A stretch of 64,000 nt of DNA from an uncultured Desulfospira sp. Lineage in GTDB: Bacteria; Desulfobacterota; Desulfobacteria; Desulfobacterales; Desulfobacteraceae. The position numbers and the translations under genes were made by a program. The stretch lies in the NCBI GenBank assembly GCA_963663165.1, contig OY760175.1:6304001-6368000 (forward strand), written 5' to 3'. The notes beneath the pieces are model-generated. The model did no database searches. It was not told where the DNA came from and saw only the letters and a list, made by a program, of their open reading frames with translations. Positions 9,113 through 18,915 of the stretch are shown here, in pieces (positions within the stretch are counted from its first letter, which is position 1; the number at the start of each line of letters is the position of its first letter).

Positions 9113-10927
9113 ATGAATTTAAAACGACTGATGCTGGGAAACGAGGCTCTGGCTTACGGCCTGCTTAAGAACGGCTGCCAGATGGCAACGGCTTACCCGG
9201 GCACCCCTTCTTCGGAAATACTGCCCGCCATGGTTTCCCTTAAAAAAGAGATGAATCTTCCCGTTCACGTCCAATGGGCCGTGAACGAAAAAGTGGCCTT
9301 TGAAACCGCTTATGCCGGGGCCCAGGCCGGTCTTAGAACCGCCGTGACCATGAAACAGGTTGGATTGAACGTGGCGGCAGACCCGCTGATGAGTTCGGTC
9401 TACCTCGGGGTCAAGGGCGGTTTTGTGGTGATCAGCGCCGATGATCCCGGCCCCCATTCCTCCCAGACCGAGCAGGACTCCAGGCTCATGGCCGTCATGG
9501 CCAAACTGCCCGTCCTGGATCCGGACTCTCCGGGCCAGGCCGCCGAATTGGCCGGAACCGCCTTTGAGCTGTCTGAAACCTTTGAGATTCCCGTGATGAT
9601 AAGGCCCACCACCCGGGTCTGCCACTCCCGCCAGAGCATGGCCCTGTCCGTCATCAAAACAGACCAGCGAAAGGCCGATTTTGAAAAAAATCCGGGAAGA
9701 TGGGCGGCCACCCCGAAATTCCGGCTTGAGCTTCACCGGCAGCTGGAAGACAAACTTTCCAAAATTGCCGATTATGAGCCCACCCGTCCCCGGCTGGTGT
9801 CGGGCACGGCCAAAGGCGCGGGAAAGGCCATTGTGGTCTCCGGCGTGGCCGCGGCCAATGCCCGGGACATTGTTGCCGAGCTTGCGCTTGATATGCCGGT
9901 GTACCAGGTGGTCCAGCCCTTTCCCCTTCACCGGGAATTTATAACAGAAATGGACGCATACGAGGATGTCCTGGTACTCGAAGAGACCTGGGGCGTCATT
10001 GAAATGCAGCTCGGGGAAAGGCACCGGGTCAAGGGAAAAAATTCAGGATTTATTTCGCCCACAGGAGAGCTGCTGCCCGAAAATGTGGAGGAACGGATCT
10101 GTGCCTTTGCAGGGATTTCCTACGATGAGCCCCAGGTCACCAGCCTGCCGGGCCGCCGTCCCACCCTGTGCGCCGGCTGTCCCCACAGGGCCAGCTTCTT
10201 TGCCATAAAAAAAGCCGCACCCAAAGGGATCTTTACCAGTGATATCGGCTGCTATACTTTGGGCGCCAACCTCGGGGCCGTGGACACGGTCACTTGTATG
10301 GGGGCCGGGATCAGCCAGGCCGCAGGCTTCAGTATTGCCTATGCCAAAAATGAAAAACCGCCGGCCATTTTTTCCACCATCGGGGATTCCACCTTTTTCC
10401 ATTCCGGCATTCCCGGGCTGATTGAGACCGTGGTCAAGAAGATTCCCTATGTGCTGGTGATCCTGGATAACCGGACCACGGCCATGACCGGCCACCAGCC
10501 CACCCCTGCTTCAGGGCGGGATGCGGCAGGCGAGGCTTGTGTTGCCGTGGATATCCCGGCCATTGTTAAAGGCTGCGGGGTTGAATTTATCAAAACCGCG
10601 GACCCCTATGATCTGCCCGGATTTATTGCCCTGCTCAAGGAGGCTCAAACCTACTGCAAAGAGAACGGCCCTGCCGTGGTCATTGCCGAGCATCCCTGTC
10701 TGCTGGATATGGATAAGGCGGCTTTAAAGGCGTCGTTTAAGAAGGTGGTTGTGGATACGGATGTCTGTGACGGCTGCGGCTACTGCATGAGCCACTTTGA
10801 ATGCCCGGCCATCGGCCTGAATGAGGAACAAAGCCAGGCGGCCATTGATCCGGGCCTTTGCACCGGATGCGCGGTCTGTTCGTTTGTCTGCCCCAAAGGC
10901 GCACTTGTACTTGAAAACCAGGAGTAA
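9113..10927 (+). CDS. iorA: Indolepyruvate:ferredoxin oxidoreductase alpha subunit
   Basis: GNEA, YPGTPSSE, NEKVA, MKQVGLNVAAD, LCAGCPHR, DIGCYTLG, GDSTFFHSG; C-terminal 2x[4Fe-4S]. Confidence 0.93.
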   Translation: MNLKRLMLGNEALAYGLLKNGCQMATAYPGTPSSEILPAMVSLKKEMNLPVHVQWAVNEKVAFETAYAGAQAGLRTAVTMKQVGLNVAADPLMSSVYLGVKGGFVVISADDPGPHSSQTEQDSRLMAVMAKLPVLDPDSPGQAAELAGTAFELSETFEIPVMIRPTTRVCHSRQSMALSVIKTDQRKADFEKNPGRWAATPKFRLELHRQLEDKLSKIADYEPTRPRLVSGTAKGAGKAIVVSGVAAANARDIVAELALDMPVYQVVQPFPLHREFITEMDAYEDVLVLEETWGVIEMQLGERHRVKGKNSGFISPTGELLPENVEERICAFAGISYDEPQVTSLPGRRPTLCAGCPHRASFFAIKKAAPKGIFTSDIGCYTLGANLGAVDTVTCMGAGISQAAGFSIAYAKNEKPPAIFSTIGDSTFFHSGIPGLIETVVKKIPYVLVILDNRTTAMTGHQPTPASGRDAAGEACVAVDIPAIVKGCGVEFIKTADPYDLPGFIALLKEAQTYCKENGPAVVIAEHPCLLDMDKAALKASFKKVVVDTDVCDGCGYCMSHFECPAIGLNEEQSQAAIDPGLCTGCAVCSFVCPKGALVLENQE

Positions 10928-10933
10928 ATCATC

Positions 10934-11479
10934 ATGTCCATCAATCAGCAGATTATTATCTCAGGCTTAGGAGGGCAGGGCGTCCTGTTTATCACCAAAC
11001 TTCTGGCCGGTGCGGCCATGGCCGACAACCTTGAGGTTTTGACGTCGGAAACCCACGGCATGGCCCAGCGGGGCGGCAATGTGATCTCCTATCTTAAAAT
11101 AGGACAGTTTTCAGGCCCCCTGATCCGCCCGGCCCGGGCCGATGCTCTCATTGCCCTGAAAGCGGAAAGTTTTGACCATCACTCGTATTTTTTAAAACCC
11201 GGCGGCCTTGCCGTGGTGAACAGCCCCAAACCGGTGGCATCTTCATCCTACCGGGTTTTTTCAGCCGATGCCCAGGCCCTGGCCGAAAAAGCGGGCAACG
11301 TTAAATCTGAGAATGTGGCGATGCTGGGGTTTTTCCTGGCCGCCATTGCCGATACCGTGCCGGAACTGAGCCTGGAAAGCTTAAGCCGCGCGGTTAATGA
11401 AAAATTTAAGGCAAAGCCCGAAGTGGCTGCCGGTATTATTACCCTGCTTAAGGCCGGATATGAGATTAAGAGCCATTAG
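10934..11479 (+). CDS. iorB: Indolepyruvate:ferredoxin oxidoreductase beta subunit
   Basis: GLGGQG and SETHGMAQRGG; directly follows iorA. Confidence 0.9.
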   Translation: MSINQQIIISGLGGQGVLFITKLLAGAAMADNLEVLTSETHGMAQRGGNVISYLKIGQFSGPLIRPARADALIALKAESFDHHSYFLKPGGLAVVNSPKPVASSSYRVFSADAQALAEKAGNVKSENVAMLGFFLAAIADTVPELSLESLSRAVNEKFKAKPEVAAGIITLLKAGYEIKSH

Positions 11480-11567
11480 CCGTTAGCCATTAGCCTTTGG
11501 GCTGATGCTTTGTACTGACTGCTAACAGCTAAGAGCTAACAGCTAATAGCTAAAAGCCAATAGCTAA
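11472..11567. repeat. Heptamer tandem repeats in inverted arrangement, (GCCATTA)n...(GCTAANA)n
   Basis: gccatta gccgtta gccatta ... gctaaca gctaaga gctaaca gctaata gctaaaa. Confidence 0.75.
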
Positions 11568-11581
11568 AAAAAGGAAAAGTA

Positions 11582-12871
11582 ATGCGTTTCATCCCAAAAG
11601 AGTTAACCCCTGAAAAGATTACCGATATTCAGGAAAAAGGCCTTGAGTGGACGGTTTCCCACGCCTTCGGCAACAGCCCCTATTACCGGGAAAAACTGTT
11701 GAAGGCCGGCTGTACGCCCGATGATATCAACAGCCTTGACGACCTTGAAAAACTGCCCTTTACCGATAAAGAAGATTTTTTGAACGACTATCCCTTTCCC
11801 CTCCGGTCGGTTCCCATGTCCGAGATTGTCCGGATTCACGGATCATCAGGCACCACGGGAAAACGAAAGATCCTGTGCTATACCAGAGAGGACGTGGACA
11901 ACTGGGCCAATATTTTTGCCCGGTGTTATGAACTGGCCGGGGTCACGGCGGAGGACCGGGTCCAGATCGCGGTAGGATACGGACTCTGGACCGCCGGCGT
12001 GGGATTCCAGAACGGGTGCGAGCGGCTCGGGGCCATGGCGGTTCCTCTTGGCCCTGCCAATGTGGACATGCATATTGATATGCTCCTGGACCTTGAATCC
12101 ACGGTGTTCTGTGCCACGGCTTCCATGGCCCTGCTCATGGCCGAGGAGCTTGAAAAACGCAAGTTGTCATCCAAGGTCAAGCTAAAGACCATTATCCTGG
12201 GCGCGGAACGGCACAGCCAGGCCATGCGCGAAAGAATCCAGCAGATCACCGGCGTGGATCATATCCATGACATTTACGGCATGACCGAGCTTTACGGCCC
12301 GGGCACCGGCCTGGATTGTGCCGAACATGCCGGCCTTCATTACTGGGCTGACCATTTCATATTTGAGGTCATTGATCCGGTTTCCTTAAAACCCGTTCCG
12401 GCCGGCCAGGAAGGCGAACTGGTGGTCACCACCTTGAAAAAACAAGGCACCCCCCTGATCCGGTACCGGACCCATGATGTGACAAGGCTGATCCCGGAAC
12501 CCTGTGCCTGCGGCAATCCCTTTCCCCGGCATGCAAGGATTTCCGGCAGGACCGACGACATGTTTATTTTCAGGGCCGTCAATATTTATCCCAGCCAGAT
12601 TGACCATATCTTAAGCGCGGTTCCAGGTGTGGGCAGCGAGTACCAGATTCTCCTGGACCAGGACCCCGACGGCAGGGACTACATGACCATCCGGGTGGAG
12701 CGCGGCCTGGATGCCGGGTCTGACGATGACCAGGGCTTAGGCGATCAAGTCTCCGGCCTTATCCGTAAAAAACTGCTGGTCAGATCCCGGGTGAAAATTG
12801 AGGATTACAAGACCCTGCCCCGGACCGAAAAAAAGAGCCGGCGGGTGTTTGACAGCCGCACCGGAAATTAA
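11582..12871 (+). CDS. paaK: Phenylacetate--CoA ligase family protein
   Basis: HGSSGTTGK, YGLWTAG, YGMTELYGPG, PLIRYRTHD, GRTDDM, LPRTEKK. Confidence 0.88.
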   Translation: MRFIPKELTPEKITDIQEKGLEWTVSHAFGNSPYYREKLLKAGCTPDDINSLDDLEKLPFTDKEDFLNDYPFPLRSVPMSEIVRIHGSSGTTGKRKILCYTREDVDNWANIFARCYELAGVTAEDRVQIAVGYGLWTAGVGFQNGCERLGAMAVPLGPANVDMHIDMLLDLESTVFCATASMALLMAEELEKRKLSSKVKLKTIILGAERHSQAMRERIQQITGVDHIHDIYGMTELYGPGTGLDCAEHAGLHYWADHFIFEVIDPVSLKPVPAGQEGELVVTTLKKQGTPLIRYRTHDVTRLIPEPCACGNPFPRHARISGRTDDMFIFRAVNIYPSQIDHILSAVPGVGSEYQILLDQDPDGRDYMTIRVERGLDAGSDDDQGLGDQVSGLIRKKLLVRSRVKIEDYKTLPRTEKKSRRVFDSRTGN

Positions 12872-12885
12872 AGAAAGACTGAAGA

Positions 12886-12938
12886 CTGAAGGTAGATAGA
12901 CTGAAGGAAGCAATCTCCTTCAGTCTATCTACCTTCAG
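12886..12938. repeat. 23-bp perfect inverted repeat built from GACTGAAG units
   Basis: CTGAAGGTAGATAGACTGAAGGA-N7-TCCTTCAGTCTATCTACCTTCAG; related units near 15787, 51250 and 52331. Confidence 0.75.
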
Positions 12939-12968
12939 CCCAAACCCCTATACTAAAAAGGAGTTCAA

Positions 12969-13988
12969 ATGAAACGACTTGGTTTACTTGTTTGCTTACT
13001 GGCAGTTGCCGCTGTTGTCTTCGGCGCATCCGTCCTTCCGGTTCAGGCCAAAACCGTGAGCCTGAACTATGCCAACTTCCCCCCGGCCCCCACCTTCCCC
13101 TGTGTGCAGATGGAACGCTGGAAAACGGAAATTGAAAAACGGACCAACGGGGCTGTGGCCATTAACACCTTTCCCGGCGGCACCCTTTTGGGACCCAAAG
13201 ACATGATGGACGGGGTTATCAACGGTCAGGCCGATATCGGCTGCCTGTGCATGGCCTACCAGCCCGGCCGGTTTACCCTGACCAATGCCACCAGTCTGCC
13301 CTTGAACATCCCGGATGCCAGAACCGGCAGCCTGGTTCTGCTGGACCTTTACAACAAGTACCAGCCCAAAACCTTTGACAAGGTCAAGGTGCTGACCATG
13401 TTTGTTACGGCCCCGGCCAATATCATGTCCAAGTCTCCGGTGGCCGATCTCTCCGATCTGAAAGGGATGGATTTGAGGGCATCGGGCGGTGCGGCACAGA
13501 TTCTCAAGGCCTGGGGGGCCAACCAGGTGGGCATGCCCATGTCCGCCACTCCGGAAGCCCTTCAAAAAGGTGTGGTCAAGGGGGTTTTCTCCTCCCTTGA
13601 GGTCATGAAAGATTTTACTTTTGCTGAAACCTGCAAGTACATCACCCTGACCAATACCGTGATCTATCCCTTTGCCGTTGTTATGAACAAAAAATCCTGG
13701 GACAAACTGCCCGAAGAGGTCAAAACCGTCATGGACGGTATGATCGAAGAACAGGCGGCCTGGACCGGTGAATACATGGACAACCATGTAAAGGAATCCA
13801 TTGCCTGGTCAAAAGAGAACCATCAGGTTGAGGTGATTGAAATCACCGGTGAGAAAAAGGCCCAGTGGGATGCCAAGACCGCCCCCATTACGGAAAACTG
13901 GATCAAGGATGCCACTGAAAAAGGACTGCCCGGCGAACAGATTGTCCAGGATATCAAAACGTTTATCGCCCAGCGGGCCGGGAACTGA
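12969..13988 (+). CDS. dctP: TRAP transporter substrate-binding protein
   Basis: Signal peptide, FPGGTL, DLKGMDLR, EALQKGVV, VVMNKKSWDKLP. Confidence 0.92.
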   Translation: MKRLGLLVCLLAVAAVVFGASVLPVQAKTVSLNYANFPPAPTFPCVQMERWKTEIEKRTNGAVAINTFPGGTLLGPKDMMDGVINGQADIGCLCMAYQPGRFTLTNATSLPLNIPDARTGSLVLLDLYNKYQPKTFDKVKVLTMFVTAPANIMSKSPVADLSDLKGMDLRASGGAAQILKAWGANQVGMPMSATPEALQKGVVKGVFSSLEVMKDFTFAETCKYITLTNTVIYPFAVVMNKKSWDKLPEEVKTVMDGMIEEQAAWTGEYMDNHVKESIAWSKENHQVEVIEITGEKKAQWDAKTAPITENWIKDATEKGLPGEQIVQDIKTFIAQRAGN

Positions 13989-13997
13989 TGGATACCT

Positions 13998-14483
13998 ATG
14001 GAAGCCATTGAGAAAACCATTGAACGGCTCAACCGGTGGGCCGGCATGATCGCCGGGGCCATCCTGGTGTTTATGATCCTGCTGACCATGGGCAATATTG
14101 TCCTAAGGCGGGTCTTTGTGCCCATCCGGGGGACCTACGAAATCATGGGATTTGCCGGGGCCGTGATCACGGCCCTGGCCATGGGGATCACCCAGAAAAA
14201 AAGGGAACACCTTTATGTGGATATCCTTTTTAACCGGTTCCCGGCCGCTGTCAAGCGGGTGCTGTCCGTCATCAATAACGGCCTGTGCGGGGCCTTTTTT
14301 CTTGTGGCCGCCTGGTTTGTGGGACAGCGGGCAATGACGTTGTTTGAAACCGGGGAGGTGTCTGAAACCCTGAGAATAGTCTACTACCCCTTTGCCGTTG
14401 TGGTGGCCCTGGGCTGTTTACTGCTGGCGGCCATGCTTGTTTTGGATATGATCAAACTGTTTATAAAGGATAGCGATTCATGA
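13998..14483 (+). CDS. dctQ: TRAP transporter small permease
   Basis: 4 TM segments, HLYVDIL; lies between dctP and dctM. Confidence 0.9.
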   Translation: MEAIEKTIERLNRWAGMIAGAILVFMILLTMGNIVLRRVFVPIRGTYEIMGFAGAVITALAMGITQKKREHLYVDILFNRFPAAVKRVLSVINNGLCGAFFLVAAWFVGQRAMTLFETGEVSETLRIVYYPFAVVVALGCLLLAAMLVLDMIKLFIKDSDS

Positions 14484-15781
14484 GTTTGACCCTGGTGGGT
14501 ATCCTGGGGATTGTTGCCCTGATGCTGCTGCTGTTCGTATTTGGTATGCCCGTAAGCTTTGCCATGGCCCTGGTGGGGTTTGCCGGTTTCTCCTATATTC
14601 TTAATTTTAACGCCGGGGTCAACATGGTGAGCCAGGAACTCTGGTCCGTGTTTTCCAGTTACGGCCTTACCGTTATCCCCTTGTTTGTGTTCATGGGCCA
14701 GATCGCCTTTTATTCCGGGGTTAACGAGCGGCTCTACAAGGCCGCCTATAAGTGGGTGGGCCATATCCGGGGCGGGATCGCCATGGCCACCATCATGGCC
14801 TGCGCCGCCTTTGCCGCCATCTGCGGCTCCAACACGGCCACGGCCGCCACCATGACCACGGTGGCCTTTCCTCAGATGACCGGGTTCCGGTACAAGCCCT
14901 CCCTTTCCACCGGGGCCATCTCCTGCGGGTCAACCTTGGGCGTTGTTATCCCGCCGTCGGTAGTGCTGATCATTATCGGCCTTTCCACGGAACAGTCCAT
15001 TGCCCGCCTTTTTTACGGCGGCATCGGGGCCGGGCTTCTCTTGTGCATCCTGCTGCTGCTCACGGTTTACGTGGCCTGCCGGCTGAACCCTGAATGGGGG
15101 CCTGCAGGACCCAAAGCCGGTATGGCCGAACGGTTCCGCTCCCTTTCCGGCGGTATTGAGATGCTGGTCCTCTTCTTTTTGATCATGACCGGCCTTTATG
15201 CCGGATATTTTACCCCCTCAGAGGCCGGCGGGGCCGGGGCATTTTTTGCCGTGGTCATCAGTCTGGTCCAGCGCTCCCTGTCCTGGAAGAATTTTGTCAA
15301 CGCTATACAAGATACCCTGCGGGTCTCCTGCATGGTAATCTTGCTGGTGGCCGGGGCCATGATTCTGGGCAAATTCTTAACCCTCACAAGGATCCCTTAT
15401 GACATCGCCTCCTGGGTGGCGGGACTGTCGGTTCCCGGACCCGTGGTCCTCACGGTGATTTTTGCCATCTACGCCTTTGGCGGGGCCATCATGGATGCCT
15501 TGGCCCTGCTGCTGATCACCATTCCCATCTTTTTTCCCGTGGCCAGGGAGATGGGCTGCGATCCGGTCTGGTTCGCTGTTCTGATCACCGTGGTCACCAC
15601 AGCCGGGGCCGTCACCCCGCCGGTGGGGGCAACCACCTATGTGGTGGCCGGCATGGCCAAGGGAAGCTCCTTAGAAGAGGTGTTTAAAGGGGTGAGCTAT
15701 TTTCTGCCCGCCTATGTGATCTGCATCGCCCTGCTCATGGCTTTCCCCTGGATCATTACCTTTTTGCCCGGGTTGTTGTAA
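14480..15781 (+). CDS. dctM: TRAP transporter large permease
   Basis: IPLFVFMG, AAICGS, GTLGVVIPPS-like motif, FTPSEAG, VTPPVG. Confidence 0.93.
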   Translation: MSLTLVGILGIVALMLLLFVFGMPVSFAMALVGFAGFSYILNFNAGVNMVSQELWSVFSSYGLTVIPLFVFMGQIAFYSGVNERLYKAAYKWVGHIRGGIAMATIMACAAFAAICGSNTATAATMTTVAFPQMTGFRYKPSLSTGAISCGSTLGVVIPPSVVLIIIGLSTEQSIARLFYGGIGAGLLLCILLLLTVYVACRLNPEWGPAGPKAGMAERFRSLSGGIEMLVLFFLIMTGLYAGYFTPSEAGGAGAFFAVVISLVQRSLSWKNFVNAIQDTLRVSCMVILLVAGAMILGKFLTLTRIPYDIASWVAGLSVPGPVVLTVIFAIYAFGGAIMDALALLLITIPIFFPVAREMGCDPVWFAVLITVVTTAGAVTPPVGATTYVVAGMAKGSSLEEVFKGVSYFLPAYVICIALLMAFPWIITFLPGLL

Positions 15782-15849
15782 GAGAGGCTGAAGGGGTTTA
15801 GGCTGAAGACTGTCAGGTCCTGTATCAAGTGATTCTATTTTTTTTGCGT

Positions 15850-15911
15850 TTGTTCTTAATTTTGCTCTTGCTCAAACCATTATTTAGAGCAGGAGCAGAA
15901 ATTAAGAGCAA
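15850..15911. repeat. Intergenic palindrome (TCTTGCTC...GAGCAAGA family); relatives at ~34228-34276 and ~62708-62761
   Basis: TTGTTCTTAATTTTGCTCTTGCTC...GAGCAGGAGCAGAAATTAAGAGCAA. Confidence 0.6.
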
Positions 15912-16052
15912 GATCAGGTATTGATGTATTTGCGCTGAATTATTGGGCCGGCCATTCTGTTAATCTTCCATAAAGAAAAATATTGTTTGTATTAGGCGAA
16001 ATATGCGAGTATTATATAAAAGATAATTTATATTAACGCTTGATATGAACCC

Positions 16053-16376
16053 ATGATATTTGACGAAGAAAAGCAGGCTTTGATTTCCCTGGGATTGAGA
16101 CTTAAAGCCGCCCGGATGGCAAGGAACGAAACCCAGAAAGAGTTTTCAGCCCGGATGTTTGTCTCTATCCCCACCCTTCAAAAGATGGAAAAAGGTCACC
16201 CGAGCATTGCCGTGGGCACCTGGGTAAAGGCCTTGTTCATCTTAAGCCGGCTGGATGACCTGGAAAAGCTGCTTGCCCCTTCAGGCTCCCTGGCCGAACA
16301 ATATGAAACCGAGCAAAAATTAAAAGGCCGCCGGCGGGTCCGCAAAAAAAATCAAGGGGAAAAAGGCCGCCCATGA
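16053..16376 (+). CDS. XRE-family HTH protein, HipB-like antitoxin
   Basis: LGLRLKAARMARNETQKEFSARMFVSIPTLQKMEKG; ATGA overlap with the hipA N-terminal ORF. Confidence 0.85.
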   Translation: MIFDEEKQALISLGLRLKAARMARNETQKEFSARMFVSIPTLQKMEKGHPSIAVGTWVKALFILSRLDDLEKLLAPSGSLAEQYETEQKLKGRRRVRKKNQGEKGRP

Positions 16377-17025
16377 TTAAGCTTGACGTCACCATCACCT
16401 TTCCTGACGGAAAGTTATGTCCATGCGGCGAGTTGATCACTACCCGGCCGGATAAACGGGGAAAAATTCAAGGAACGTTTCAGTATGCCAAACCATTTCT
16501 GGAGCATCCTCTGGCATTTGCCCTGGATCCTGAAAATTTGCCGTTAACCCTTCAGGTCAATTCGGCGGACCGTCCCCAAGGGGTTCATGCCGTGTTTGAA
16601 GACGCCCTTCCCGACGATTGGGGCAGAAAGCTTCTGGCCGGAAAAGCGGCCCTGACAAGATCGGAGCAAACCGTTCCAAGACTTCTTGAAGCCTTAGGGG
16701 CAAACGGCTTAGGGGCATTGTCTTTTACAGCCCAAAAACAGAATGCCAAAAGTGATCCGTGGTATACGACCTGCTGCCGGATATTTTTTCCAACCGGGAA
16801 CACCAATTGTCCTTTCCCTACTCCGGCACCCTGCAGCCGGACCGGCAACTTTATGAAAAAATCGGGCAGGAATTGCATATCCCTGATCCGGGAGAGGTCC
16901 TTGACCAGGTGTATAACGCCGCATCTGAATGGGAGACCGTTTTCCAGGAAATAGGTGTTCCTGAAACCGATATCCTGAGGCTTGAACCGGATATCTCAAG
17001 ACGGCTGGCAAAGATTAAATCTTAG
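16373..17025 (+). pseudogene. hipA: hipA-family toxin with internal deletion (N-terminal domain joined out of frame to the last ~88 codons)
   Basis: HipA-N motifs FEDALPDDWGR and GLGALSF; abrupt junction at 16760/16761 into VYDLLP...RRLAKIKS; kinase core absent. Confidence 0.85.
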
Positions 17026-17209
17026 GGTCTGATACAGCGTTCACAGCGGGGCAACGCCTCAACATAATAAATAATAGTCCGGGGTTTTGAATCAAGCCTC
17101 ACTGCATTTTTTTAACGTAGTCCCCCATCAGGAATTTTTAATACCCCCCTGCAATGCTTCTGTCATTGAACGCTGATTCTAAATCGGCTCGGGCGACTAT
17201 AAATACCAT
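16761..17209 (+). repeat. ~450-bp direct repeat, copy 1 (hipA 3' end plus downstream DNA)
   Basis: Matches 29072-29519 with roughly 19 differences by manual count. Confidence 0.92.
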
Positions 17210-17399
17210 CATTGTGGTCCCTGGTATTACTTGATCGTATTATGGATATCCTTCCCAATATCTGAGTGCCCGGGGAATTTGGGTTGATGCAAGTGTTATT
17301 GAGTTTTCGGTATCAACATTCTCATGAAGTTCATCCTTGTTCAATCATGGTTTAACCGGTATATTTTGCACCATAAGTTGGCTGAAATCAGAAGAGATC

Positions 17400-17927
17400 A
17401 TGATGTTGGGACATAAAAGCTTAAAATGCTACATTATTGCAGGACCTAACGGGGCGGGAAAAACTACGTTTGCAGAGAACTATCTCCCAGGGGAAGCTGA
17501 GTGCTTAAATTTTATAAACGCTGATATGATTGCAAAAGGGCTTTCTCCTTTCAACCCGGAAAGCGTTGCTATAGAAGCGGGAAAAATATTTTTAAAACGG
17601 ATCGAAACATTGACCTTAAACAAAGTTTCATTTGCATTTGAGACAACGCTAAGTGGATTGAATTTCATTGGTCGGATTAAAAAATGGCGGGCAGTTGGTT
17701 ATGAAGTCATATTGTATTTTTTATATTTGCCTGATGCCGAACTGGCGGTGAGACGTGTAAGACTCCGAGTAGCCCAAGGAGGGCATAGTGTGCCGGAAGA
17801 TGTGATTATCCGAAGGTATAGCAGAGGCTGGGATAATTTTCAAAAGCATTATAAACAGCTCGTCGATGACTGGATTGTTTTCGATAATTCCGGAGATCAG
17901 CCTTTGATCATGGAGGAAAAACAATGA
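17400..17927 (+). CDS. Zeta-toxin-like P-loop ATPase
   Basis: IIAGPNGAGKTT, FINADMIA, SFAFETTLSG, RVRLRVAQGGHSVP. Confidence 0.85.
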   Translation: MMLGHKSLKCYIIAGPNGAGKTTFAENYLPGEAECLNFINADMIAKGLSPFNPESVAIEAGKIFLKRIETLTLNKVSFAFETTLSGLNFIGRIKKWRAVGYEVILYFLYLPDAELAVRRVRLRVAQGGHSVPEDVIIRRYSRGWDNFQKHYKQLVDDWIVFDNSGDQPLIMEEKQ

Positions 17928-18091
17928 AAAATGAATCTAATTCAAAATCTGCACTTGACGCAATGCGCAGAGCCGCAATCAAAGCAATTGAAAAAGCAGC
18001 AGATCTGGACTTGGAAATACCTGAGTGGCAAAATGGAAAAATCGTTTATGTAAATGCAAAGAAAAAGCTGAAAAGGCTTCGTTGTTCTTGA
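17924..18091 (+). CDS. 55-aa partner of the zeta-like ATPase (below the ORF-track cutoff)
   Basis: MKNESNSKSALDAMRRAAIKAIEKAADLDLEIPEWQNGKIVYV...; GGAGG RBS and ATGA overlap with the ATPase stop. Confidence 0.7.
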   Translation: MKNESNSKSALDAMRRAAIKAIEKAADLDLEIPEWQNGKIVYVNAKKKLKRLRCS

Positions 18092-18268
18092 TTTTAAGTT
18101 CTGGTGACAGCCCCTTTAAACGGATATTTTCGGTGTCGAAAATGACGGGCTAAGGCTGAAAGCATCTATGATTTTGATGCTTTATAGTATGTTAACAGGC
18201 AATTACGTGAGTCCGACCCAGATCCACAGATCTAATATGACATCTACCATTAAATGAGGAATAAATTT

Positions 18269-18811
18269 ATGGCCGGATCAACCTTTCAGACTAATCCTTA
18301 TGATCTATATAAATTATTGGAGGATTGCCATCGCGGGGAGTTGCAACTGCCAGATTTTCAGAGAAGCTGGGTGTGGGAAGAAGATCGGATCAAAAGTCTG
18401 ATTTCCTCAGTGTCACGCGCTTTTCCTGTGGGTGCACTGATGTCGCTTGACTCGGGTGGGGAGGTAAACTTCAAACCACGTCCGGTTGAGGGCGCGCCTA
18501 CTGAGGCAAATCACGTTTCACCGCATTCGCTGTTGCTGGATGGTCAGCAGCGTATGACTTCGCTGTATCAAGTGACACTACGCGGAAAGGTAGTCGAGAC
18601 GGTGACGCCGAAAAAAAAGAAGGTGAAACGCTAGTTTTATATCGATATCCGTAAGGCTATAGACCCGGGTATAGACCGCGAAGAGGCAATTTTGGGCGTG
18701 CCGGAGGATCGGATAATTCGTACCGATTTCGGTCGTGAGGTGGTGACCAACCTGTCCACACCCGAACAGGAATATGCTTTGCTGGCGTACCCCGTAACTC
18801 AGGTTTTCTAA
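18269..18811 (+). pseudogene. DUF262 (GmrSD-type) restriction protein, nonsense-mutated and truncated
   Basis: LQLPDFQRSWVW, FPVGALM, LLLDGQQRMTSL; TAG at 18632-18634 in KVKR*FYIDI; frame continues to 18811 and ends at the 59-bp box element. Confidence 0.85.
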
Positions 18812-18813
18812 TT

Positions 18814-18872
18814 CCGGGGACACGAAATAAAAATATTGGCAAGCCAATTTTAATTTTGTCTCTTGTCCCCGG
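18814..18872. repeat. 59-bp hairpin element CCGGGGACA...TGTCCCCGG; inverted copy at 33515-33568
   Basis: Its reverse complement aligns to cggggacacgagacaaaattaaaatcggcttgccaatatttttgtatcgtgtcc. Confidence 0.85.
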
Positions 18873-18915
18873 TATTGACCAGAATGGAATTCAGATAAGT
18901 TGATCCGTGGTATGC

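Noticed and set aside
9119..13787. Long minus-strand ORFs (301, 263 aa and others)
   Set aside because: Antisense shadows of iorA, paaK and dctP caused by GC-rich codon bias
16373..16954. Intact 193-aa stand-alone HipA-N protein
   Set aside because: Sequence after about residue 129 is out-of-frame read-through of the hipA tail past the deletion junction
18814..18872. Integron attC site
   Set aside because: Lacks the RYYYAAC...GTTRRRY core sites, and no integron integrase is in the window
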